DNA of 32,000 bases from Desulfotalea psychrophila LSv54. Lineage in GTDB: Bacteria > Desulfobacterota > Desulfobulbia > Desulfobulbales > Desulfocapsaceae. A program made the position numbers and the translations under genes. The notes beneath the pieces were generated by a model. That model was given only the letters and a program-made list of their open reading frames with translations. It had not been told where the DNA came from and searched no databases. Each line of letters begins with the position of its first letter. Position 1 is the first letter of the stretch. The DNA lies in assembly GCF_000025945.1 (NCBI RefSeq), contig NC_006138.1, positions 630,001 through 662,000 of the forward strand, written 5' to 3'. This document shows positions 9,604 to 16,563 of the stretch, one piece after another.

Positions 9604-9951
9604 ATGCATGAAATGTCCCTTGTCCAAAATCTTTTTGAGCAACTCAGAGATCTTGCCAAAGAGAATAGGGCAGAAAAAATAATCACTGTAACCATGTCAA
9701 TAGGACCACTTGCCGGAGTAGTGGTAGACTCCTTTCAATTTGGTTTTGATGTTCTCTCCGCCGAAGAACCACTTTGCAGCGGAGCTGAACTCAAGATAGA
9801 AATTCCCCCTGTTACCTTTACCTGTACAGACTGTGGTTTTGCCATGGAGTCCACCGAAAAGAGCCTGGACTGTTGCCAAAAGTGTGGTGAACTCTTTTTA
9901 ATTTCAAGCGGCGGAGATGATCTTATCCTTAAACAGGTTGTGATGGAGTAA
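9604..9951 (+). CDS. hypA: Hydrogenase nickel insertion protein HypA
   Basis: 115 aa. MHEMSL N-terminus (Ni site) and two CxxC pairs (CTDCG ... CQKCG) forming the Zn site. Confidence 0.93.
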   Translation: MHEMSLVQNLFEQLRDLAKENRAEKIITVTMSIGPLAGVVVDSFQFGFDVLSAEEPLCSGAELKIEIPPVTFTCTDCGFAMESTEKSLDCCQKCGELFLISSGGDDLILKQVVME

Positions 9952-10035
9952 GCCACAACCCGTTTTTTACTAAATAGACGGCCACCTCCCCCTCTGGAGA
10001 GCTGGCCCTTTACCTTCGATACAAGGAGAAAAAAT

Positions 10036-10800
10036 ATGTGTACCACCTGCGGTTGTCCAAGCCCCTCTGATACTGCCCACTCCCACGATCACGATCACGA
10101 TCATGATCACAGCCACACACACAAAACCGTTGACGTTCATACCAGCCTCTTTGCCGCCAACGACGCCCTGGCCAAGATGAACCGCGAACACTTCAACGAA
10201 ATTGGTGCCGTTGCCCTCAACCTTATAAGCAGCCCGGGCTCCGGAAAAACTACCCTGCTTGAACATACCATCGAAGCCCTCAAGGGTGAGATTAAAATTG
10301 GTGTTATCGAGGGTGATATTGAAACAGAGCGCGATGCAGACCGCATCCGAGCCAAGGGTGTGCCCGTGGTTCAACTGACCACCGGCGGCGCCTGCCATCT
10401 TGATGCGGCCATGACCCATAAGGGATTTCACCGCCTGGAAAAAGAGCCGGGATACGAGACTGTGGATCTGCTCTTCATCGAAAACGTGGGTAACCTTGTA
10501 TGTCCATGTTCCTTTGATCTGGGTGAACATGAGCGGGTGGTACTGGTCTCCGTACCAGAGGGCCCTGACAAACCTGCCAAATACCCCAAGGCATTTACCA
10601 GCTCCGATACCTTTGTCATCACCAAAACAGACCTTCTTCCATACTTTGACTTCCCGGTAGAAGAGGCTCGGGCAGAGGCACTCCACCTCAACCATCATCT
10701 TCGCACAATGGAGCTCTGCGCCACCAAGCAGGACGAAGGTTTTCAACAGTGGCTTGACTACCTGCGTGAACTGGTGGCCAAGAAGAGGGGACTGAAGTAG
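10036..10800 (+). CDS. hypB: Hydrogenase nickel incorporation GTPase HypB
   Basis: N-terminal CxxCGC (MCTTCGC), His-rich tract HSHDHDHDHDHSHTH, P-loop SPGSGKTTLL, and an ENVGNLVCP motif. Confidence 0.95.
   Translation: MCTTCGCPSPSDTAHSHDHDHDHDHSHTHKTVDVHTSLFAANDALAKMNREHFNEIGAVALNLISSPGSGKTTLLEHTIEALKGEIKIGVIEGDIETERDADRIRAKGVPVVQLTTGGACHLDAAMTHKGFHRLEKEPGYETVDLLFIENVGNLVCPCSFDLGEHERVVLVSVPEGPDKPAKYPKAFTSSDTFVITKTDLLPYFDFPVEEARAEALHLNHHLRTMELCATKQDEGFQQWLDYLRELVAKKRGLK
10084..10110 (+). repeat. Hexanucleotide tandem repeat (CACGAT)x3-CATGAT-CAC encoding the (His-Asp)n tract of HypB
   Basis: Read directly: cacgat cacgat cacgat catgat cac. It is in frame within hypB. Confidence 0.9.
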
Positions 10801-10824
10801 CATTTCCCCTCTCTCTGCCAGCAA

Positions 10825-10866
10825 AAAAGAGGCCCGAGCGAAGAGTTCTTCGCCCGGGCCCTCTCT
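10825..10866. terminator. Bidirectional stem-loop terminator between convergent hypB and the DUF4125-like gene
   Basis: ggcccgagcgaaga (10831-10844) pairs with tcttcgcccgggcc (10847-10860), with one mismatch. The stem is extendable by agag/ctct. An A-run lies upstream and a T-rich stretch downstream, so it can serve both strands. Confidence 0.6.
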
Positions 10867-10895
10867 TTCACAGAGCTCAGAGTTTAAAAAATTCC

Positions 10896-11483
10896 CTATT
10901 GCTTCTTCTCCGCTGCATCGGCTGATGCATACCCCTGTTCCCGGGCTAAATGGTCATAGATTTCCTCGGACATACTCCTCCCCTCGGCCTGATACCTCTG
11001 CACATCCTTATAGAGAAGCTTCAGAGTCTCTTCAGCGTAAGTCTCCAGCTCCGCCTGGACATAGGTGGAAAAGCTTGCCCAATCAAGGCCCTGCTCCTCA
11101 CCAGCAAGTTGTCGTCCCCGAGACATCATCCGCGGATGCTTGTCAATAAAGGCCCTCTGCCAGGCCAGTTGTGCCGATACTATCTTGGCAATAAAAGGAC
11201 TCTCGTTCTCAGAGGGAATGAGATTTCCCATCCGTGCATATTTATAGATCATCAGGTTACGGCCAATATGATGGGCCCGACCAAGATCTCTCAGATAACT
11301 CTGTAAAGTTGCCTCCGACCAGACAGCGAGTTGCGAGGTTCTGTGCAGGCGAAAATCAGCTGAGATCTCGCCAACGGATGGTAGGGATTTTTCCAGAGGG
11401 TTTTTCCCTCCCGAATCATTCACCCGAATAAACATCTGCCACTCAAAGGCCAAGACCTCTTCAACAATTTTTTCCCTATCCAT
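10896..11483 (-). CDS. Hypothetical helical protein, DUF4125-like (family assignment from memory)
   Basis: The ATG at 11483 has GGAGG 7 nt upstream and overlaps the stop of the upstream gene as TAATG. About 195 aa, no signal peptide, helix-rich composition. The ORF track start at 11498 is a TTG. Confidence 0.7.
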   Translation of the reverse strand: MDREKIVEEVLAFEWQMFIRVNDSGGKNPLEKSLPSVGEISADFRLHRTSQLAVWSEATLQSYLRDLGRAHHIGRNLMIYKYARMGNLIPSENESPFIAKIVSAQLAWQRAFIDKHPRMMSRGRQLAGEEQGLDWASFSTYVQAELETYAEETLKLLYKDVQRYQAEGRSMSEEIYDHLAREQGYASADAAEKKQ

Positions 11484-12430
11484 TATCGTCCTCCCCAAAA
11501 TCCGGCGCGAAATTCAGCGTCCTCTATCCCTGCCAAAATCAGTGGTACCTGATCCAGCAAAAAAGGCGTCTTTTCCCTAATGAGCCCCTGCTCATAAAAC
11601 TCTAATATAAGCCGCTGACAAATTCTCTCAATGATATTCTGCTGACAGACCCATGTATCTTCTCCACCTGTCATCTCTGCATTGGAGCAAAGAAGATCTC
11701 TTAAAAGTGGTGCCACCTCCACACCAAGAAGGGGCAGACGTTCAAGACCTCGAAGCAGCCACTTAAAATAGGGGGCATAGGCCCTGTTGAGCAGATAGAT
11801 CAGCTGCATCGCCTCGGTACAAAACTGGACCTTAGCATGCGCCATCACATAGGGATCTGAACGCATTATACCTCGCTGCCAATTATACTGCCCCGCTTGG
11901 CCAGCGCGCATGCAACCATCTGCCACCATCTTCAAACGAATATCTTCGGGGTAATAGGCAAGCAGGGCATCCCGCCAGGCAGTAAAGGTACCCAGAGGAT
12001 CAACAAAAACCTCGCCATTGGTGCAGAGGCTAAGATGAGAGGAGGGAATATTCCACTGGCCAAGGGTCCGGGGCGGAGCGGTCAAGCCTGTGTAACGTCT
12101 GTAAAACGAGGAGATAGACATGGCGCCCACCCGCCCATCTTCCCCCTGGCTGACCTGTCGGGGAGAAAAACCTGCAAAAGACTGCGGCAACTGGCAGTAG
12201 ACTGCCTGCAGGGCCTCACCATGAAGGGCAAAATCTTCATCGGTCAACCAGAGACAAAAAGATGGGCCCCAATCATGGTCCCGGGAAAACTGATCATCAA
12301 AGCCAAGACACTCGGAACCCGGGCCCACCAAGCCCACCGCCACCCGATCCATCAGAACTCCAAACCGATCGTAAAGAACATCTCGACCACACTCCTCATA
12401 GTACTTTCTACTCAAGATCAAACCATCCAT
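11483..12430 (-). CDS. Nucleotidyltransferase-like protein, DUF4037-like (family assignment from memory)
   Basis: 315 aa. RBS GGAGG immediately upstream of the ATG at 12430. N-terminal GPGSECLGFDDQFSRDHDWGP resembles the pol-beta-superfamily GS-x(9-10)-DxD nucleotidyltransferase signature. Confidence 0.7.
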   Translation of the reverse strand: MDGLILSRKYYEECGRDVLYDRFGVLMDRVAVGLVGPGSECLGFDDQFSRDHDWGPSFCLWLTDEDFALHGEALQAVYCQLPQSFAGFSPRQVSQGEDGRVGAMSISSFYRRYTGLTAPPRTLGQWNIPSSHLSLCTNGEVFVDPLGTFTAWRDALLAYYPEDIRLKMVADGCMRAGQAGQYNWQRGIMRSDPYVMAHAKVQFCTEAMQLIYLLNRAYAPYFKWLLRGLERLPLLGVEVAPLLRDLLCSNAEMTGGEDTWVCQQNIIERICQRLILEFYEQGLIREKTPFLLDQVPLILAGIEDAEFRAGFWGGR

Positions 12431-12457
12431 ATCCCCTCCATAAGAGCAAAAGCTATA

Positions 12458-12486
12458 ATTAGCTAATGCACCATAATTTCTATCAA
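12458..12486 (-). promoter_or_regulatory. Candidate sigma70 promoter for the DUF4037/DUF4125 pair (TTGATA-17-GCTAAT on the minus strand)
   Basis: Minus-strand TTGATA (12481-12486), a 17-nt spacer, then GCTAAT (12458-12463), about 28 nt upstream of the ATG at 12430. Pattern match only. Confidence 0.3.
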
Positions 12487-12503
12487 AACAGCCATATTTA
12501 CCC

Positions 12504-12532
12504 TTGACCTGAATAACACTTCTTTGTAGTTT
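12504..12532 (+). promoter_or_regulatory. Candidate sigma70 promoter for the lipoprotein operon (TTGACC-17-TAGTTT)
   Basis: TTGACC at 12504-12509, a 17-nt spacer, then TAGTTT at 12527-12532, about 77 nt upstream of the ATG at 12609. Pattern match only. Confidence 0.3.
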
Positions 12533-12608
12533 AACCTAACGTCAATATTCCTGCTCGGGCCACTTGCCACAGTAAGCCAGATGCCACAATTACAATGAGG
12601 TTTTAAAG

Positions 12609-14045
12609 ATGATGATCTGTATGAAAAGACTCCCATGGTACATTATAGCACTCTATCTAGCTATTAGCCTCGGTGGCTGTGGGGCAACTCTGAATCAAAA
12701 AAAGCTTGGGACATTCAACCAACATCTACAGACAGGCCGACACCAGCAGGCCCTTGACCTGGCCATGAATGCAGGCGACTTTGATCAAGAGGACAGAGGA
12801 ACAGATCTCCTCTGGGATCTGCAGGCAGGAAACGTCCTCACCCTTCTCGGCCAGTTTAAGAGAAGCAACTACGTCTATGATCAGGCAGAGCTCTTGATGA
12901 AAGATAAGGATACCGAAGGAATGGCGACGAAGGGTGTCGGCAAAATCGGCTCCATGTTGATCAATAACAGTGTCAATGGCTACCAGCAAACGGTATACGA
13001 TTCAGTAATGATTAATACCTATAAGGGTTTAAACGACATCCTCCTCCATGACTGGCAGAATGCCCGCGTCGAATTCAATAGGGCGGCCGATCGACAGCGA
13101 CGAGCAAAAGAACACTTTAAAAAGAAGATTGCCGAGCAGGAAAAACGTCTAGCCAAGGAAGAGAAAAAAAGCAGGCGACAAAAGGCAGGACCTAGCTGGA
13201 ATATGCGAGGTGCCAGTGCAGAAATCGACAAGAACTTTACCGAATTGAATGGTTGGAAGGCCTATGGCGACTACATCAACCCATACACCGACTATCTTCA
13301 TGGCCTCTTCTTTATGCTGGCGGCAAGCGGCAATAGCAGATCTGACTACGACAAGGCTGTTTATTCATTCAAACGGGTGGCTGGCACCCATGGCCGCAAC
13401 AAGGTCATTAAAAAGGACCTCTATCTTGCTCGCAAGCTCCAGTCGGGTCAGTGGAGAAAAAACAGGCTCAGCCCACGAGTATGGGTTATCTTTGAAAATG
13501 GTCTGGCCCCTACCGTCGACGAAATTATTATTCCGGTACCTCTCTTTCTGGTTACCAAGGATGTTGACTATGTGCAAATTGCCCTGCCCAAAATTGTCGA
13601 GCAACCGGGTGCCTACCCCAACCTGCAGGTATCAGCGGCAGGAAAGAAACTTGGCTCTACCCAGCAAATCGCCAGCATAGACCGAGTGGTAGAGAGTGAA
13701 TTCAAAAAGGAATATCCCTATAAGGTGACCGAGGCCCTGATCAGTGCCGCCATAAAGGGAACCATCCAGTATGTGGCTGAAAAAGAGGCGGGGGATCTCG
13801 GCAGCATCCTCAGCATCGTCTACCAGGCAGCCACCACCCATGCGGATACCAGAAGCTGGACGGCCCTGCCCAAAGAGGTACAGGCCCTACAAATCAAAAA
13901 GCCCAAATGTAACAGCATTACCCTCAGTGCGAAGGGAATGCTACAGCCAGTGAAGGTGGCACTTCCAAAAAACCGTTTCAGCATTGTTCATGTTCGGGCA
14001 GCAGGAGTAGGTAGCCAACCAACTGTACAGGTTGTTGGCTTTTAA
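12609..14045 (+). CDS. Large lipoprotein of unknown function, COG3014-like (Campylobacter Cj0089-like)
   Basis: Signal peptide with lipobox (LAISLGGC). GAGG RBS 8 nt upstream of 12609, with an alternative ATG at 12621. About 475 aa, with a highly basic predicted coiled segment (RQRRAKEHFKKKIAEQEKRLAKEEKKSRRQK). Size and position match the first gene of the COG3014/YcfL/LpoB-like trio as I recall it. Confidence 0.75.
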   Translation: MMICMKRLPWYIIALYLAISLGGCGATLNQKKLGTFNQHLQTGRHQQALDLAMNAGDFDQEDRGTDLLWDLQAGNVLTLLGQFKRSNYVYDQAELLMKDKDTEGMATKGVGKIGSMLINNSVNGYQQTVYDSVMINTYKGLNDILLHDWQNARVEFNRAADRQRRAKEHFKKKIAEQEKRLAKEEKKSRRQKAGPSWNMRGASAEIDKNFTELNGWKAYGDYINPYTDYLHGLFFMLAASGNSRSDYDKAVYSFKRVAGTHGRNKVIKKDLYLARKLQSGQWRKNRLSPRVWVIFENGLAPTVDEIIIPVPLFLVTKDVDYVQIALPKIVEQPGAYPNLQVSAAGKKLGSTQQIASIDRVVESEFKKEYPYKVTEALISAAIKGTIQYVAEKEAGDLGSILSIVYQAATTHADTRSWTALPKEVQALQIKKPKCNSITLSAKGMLQPVKVALPKNRFSIVHVRAAGVGSQPTVQVVGF

Positions 14046-14069
14046 TAGGGTAGATACAGGAGACAGACA

Positions 14070-14456
14070 ATGTTACAACGTATAATATTTATTCTCGCGC
14101 TCATTCTCGCCCCGCAGCTAGGCAGTAGCGCTATCATCTCTTCCTCTCATAGCACAGCCACCTCTTCTCTGCAGCTGGGGCCAAAGGCGGCAAAATATAT
14201 AGAGGTCAGCGAAATACGGGGCGGTCGCCTGCCAAGCGGGCTTTTCCGGGCCCGCTTTATCGGAGACAGCACCAGTAGCTTTAAAAAAGAGATTAAATAT
14301 CGCTTTGTCTGGCTGGATTGCTCAGGATTTGAACTCAGCGGTATAACCAGTACCTGGCAGAGCATCAGGCTCAGCCCTAAGGATGAAGTACGCCTGCAAT
14401 CAGTGGCCACCAGTCCCCGGGCAAGTAACTTTCAGGTTATCATCAAAGAACTCTAG
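14070..14456 (+). CDS. YcfL-like periplasmic protein (DUF1425/COG5633-like)
   Basis: 128 aa. Cleavable signal peptide (ILALILAPQLGSSA) with no lipobox Cys. The YRFVWLDCSGFEL motif resembles the YRF-W-D-G-E core of the YcfL family. RBS AGGAG upstream. Confidence 0.7.
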   Translation: MLQRIIFILALILAPQLGSSAIISSSHSTATSSLQLGPKAAKYIEVSEIRGGRLPSGLFRARFIGDSTSSFKKEIKYRFVWLDCSGFELSGITSTWQSIRLSPKDEVRLQSVATSPRASNFQVIIKEL

Positions 14457-14492
14457 AAAACCCTTTAAATATCCCCCAACAGGAGAAGTAGA

Positions 14493-15104
14493 ATGCGTTC
14501 ATATCTTTATCTTATTTTTGCCATCGCTATCAGCCTTGGTCTCACCGGTTGTGTCCAACAAAAAACAGTACGACTTCAGGCGGACGACCTTGGTGAACCG
14601 ATGACAACCGGACTCAGCAACCGTGATTTTGAAATTGCTGCCAACCACACCATACAGTCCATGCTCGGCTCCGGTGCCGTTGCCCCGGTCAATGGCAAGA
14701 AAAATATTCTGGTGATTTCTCATATCCTCAATGACACCATGCAACGCATCGACACAGATCAGCTCATTAAAAAGATCCGTATCGCCCTTCTGCAGAGTGG
14801 CATGGTTAAAACCACCACCGCAATCGGCCTCAACGGCGCGGAAGATCGCATGAACGACGCCTATAGCCAATTGGCACGTTCCAAAAGAATCAACAAACGT
14901 ACCCTGCAAAAGCAGAGCCTCACCGCTCCCAACATGAGCCTTTCCGGTAAGATCATCCAACGTAACCAAAGAGTTGACGGCGGTCGCCAGCTGATTGAAT
15001 ACTACTTCCAGCTCACCCTGACCGATCTCAGTGATGGCCTTGGCGTCTGGGAAGGAGAGACTCCTATCCGTAAGCTGGCCAGTAAAGACAGCGTTTCGTG
15101 GTAA
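14493..15104 (+). CDS. LpoB-like lipoprotein (COG3417, penicillin-binding protein activator LpoB family)
   Basis: 203 aa. Canonical lipobox LGLTGC. The C-terminal LSGKIIQRNQRV...YYFQLTLTDLSDGLGVWEGE matches the LpoB/YcfM globular-domain pattern. RBS AGGAGAAG upstream. Confidence 0.8.
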   Translation: MRSYLYLIFAIAISLGLTGCVQQKTVRLQADDLGEPMTTGLSNRDFEIAANHTIQSMLGSGAVAPVNGKKNILVISHILNDTMQRIDTDQLIKKIRIALLQSGMVKTTTAIGLNGAEDRMNDAYSQLARSKRINKRTLQKQSLTAPNMSLSGKIIQRNQRVDGGRQLIEYYFQLTLTDLSDGLGVWEGETPIRKLASKDSVSW

Positions 15105-15115
15105 GGAACCCCTCA

Positions 15116-16507
15116 ATGAAAAAACATATTGCTGCCCTCCTCCTGCTCACAGGCCTCGGATGCACCAGCACCGGCTGGAGCACGGAACAAATGGCATCGA
15201 GCGCAGAGCCCGGCTACCCCACAGATTCCATGGCCACCATGGTTGTGGATGAAGCCGATGCCGAAGCAGGCCAGATGTCTCTGGAAGAATTCGAAAAAAC
15301 CCTGTCCCTGGACAAGGCACGTCTTGAAGATAGTGGTAAATTTTCCTGGGTGGGCTACGCCTACCAGACAGTTTCCGTGGGCAAGGCGCACCCTAACTGG
15401 GGTAAGTCCCGGGTTATTGCCGCTCAAAAGGCCATTATGGCCGCCGAAAACAACTTTGCCAAAGAGTTTGGCCAGAAAATTTCCTCGGAAAAAATCGCTG
15501 CATACTATAACGATGGCAACGAAAAAATCCCCGACTTTGACCCCACGGCAGAAGGCGAAAGCAGTCAGTGGAAACGTATCTACCACAAGCTTACCACCCT
15601 GGCCGAAAGAAAAATTGACCAAAGCCTGGCAGACCTCGGTCTTGATCCAAAAGAGCTTGAACTGATCCCCGAAGAACAGCGCTATCTCAAATTTCGTGAT
15701 GCCTTCAAATCAACCATTAACAGATCGGCAATTGCGGAACTCAGTGGCCTTCTCACCTTCAAAACCTATGAGGGCTTTGACAATGATGGCCAGTATCAAG
15801 TCGGAGTGATGATGGTACTCTCACCCAGGATGAAGCAGCTCGCCTGGGATCTGGCCCGTAGCAAAGGAAACATTGCCCCAGTTGCCGGCAAAGCAGGTTC
15901 CCGACAACTGAACAAAATTGTTACCTCTGAGAATATCAGCCTCATCCCTGATTTTGGGGTAAAAAGGCTCTATGATCGCAATGGCTATCCGGTACTGGTC
16001 TCCTTTGGCCAATGGGCCATCTCAAGCACCGGCGGGAATGGCAAAAAAATATCCCGCAAACGAGCCCACGCCTACAAACAGGCGGAGGCCCAAGCTGACC
16101 AGGCCCTGGCAGAATTTTTAAACTCCCGCATCAACTACTCGGATATGAATGAAAGCGGGGAGGAGAGCAAAAGCGAAGGGGTGGTCGATGAACAGAACTT
16201 CAAGAGCAATGTCGATATCACCTCCATCATCGATATTACCCGTGAAAATTCGGTCAAGAAGAGCAAGGTCAATATTGTTGGTATCCGCGAACTGCGACGC
16301 TGGAGTGCAGTACACCCTCAAAACAACAGTGCCAGAATTGTAGGTGTTATCCGCTACTGGAGCCCGGTTAACGAAAAGCAGATGCGGGCAATTCGTAAAT
16401 GGAAACCAAGTCGTCCCATTGCAGAAAAAAGACAACCCGCTCCCGTCCCCCGCACAACCGGCGGCATACAACAGAGCCAGGAACGTATGAGTCTCGATGA
16501 TTTCTAA
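15116..16507 (+). CDS. Exported (probably lipid-anchored) protein of unknown function with two LPP20-like modules
   Basis: ATG at 15116 with AAGGAA RBS, and signal peptide MKKHIAALLLLTGLGC (non-canonical lipobox). Two similar units: VGYAYQ...RVIAAQKAIMAAENNFAKEF...YQVGVMMVLSP and VLVSFGQ...AYKQAEAQADQALAEFL...RIVGVIRYWSP. Confidence 0.7.
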   Translation: MKKHIAALLLLTGLGCTSTGWSTEQMASSAEPGYPTDSMATMVVDEADAEAGQMSLEEFEKTLSLDKARLEDSGKFSWVGYAYQTVSVGKAHPNWGKSRVIAAQKAIMAAENNFAKEFGQKISSEKIAAYYNDGNEKIPDFDPTAEGESSQWKRIYHKLTTLAERKIDQSLADLGLDPKELELIPEEQRYLKFRDAFKSTINRSAIAELSGLLTFKTYEGFDNDGQYQVGVMMVLSPRMKQLAWDLARSKGNIAPVAGKAGSRQLNKIVTSENISLIPDFGVKRLYDRNGYPVLVSFGQWAISSTGGNGKKISRKRAHAYKQAEAQADQALAEFLNSRINYSDMNESGEESKSEGVVDEQNFKSNVDITSIIDITRENSVKKSKVNIVGIRELRRWSAVHPQNNSARIVGVIRYWSPVNEKQMRAIRKWKPSRPIAEKRQPAPVPRTTGGIQQSQERMSLDDF

Positions 16508-16563
16508 GAGCCTGAGCGAAATTTTGGCCATCTTATTTTGTAACAGACCCTAAGGAGTTTATT

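Noticed and set aside
9970-10824. 284-aa minus-strand ORF antisense to hypB
   Set aside because: It overlaps the whole of hypB, which has CxxCGC, a His tract and a P-loop. The antisense translation has no motifs and runs through the terminator hairpin.
12451-12464. AGCTA-taat-TAGCT inverted repeat containing a perfect TATAAT on the plus strand in the divergent promoter region
   Set aside because: The TATAAT has no acceptable -35 (ATCCCC at 17 nt) and points into a region better served by the TTGACC-17-TAGTTT candidate. The 5-bp arms are too short to distinguish from chance. It overlaps the candidate minus-strand -10, so I noted it only there.
11897-12466. 189-aa plus-strand ORF antisense to the DUF4037-like gene
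   Set aside because: The translation is Pro/Gly/Lys/His-rich and low-complexity with no RBS. The opposite strand has a strong RBS, a coupled downstream gene and an NTase-like motif.
14499-15116. 205-aa minus-strand ORF exactly mirroring the LpoB-like gene
   Set aside because: The plus-strand gene has a canonical lipobox, an RBS and family motifs, and it fits the operon. The mirror ORF has none of these.
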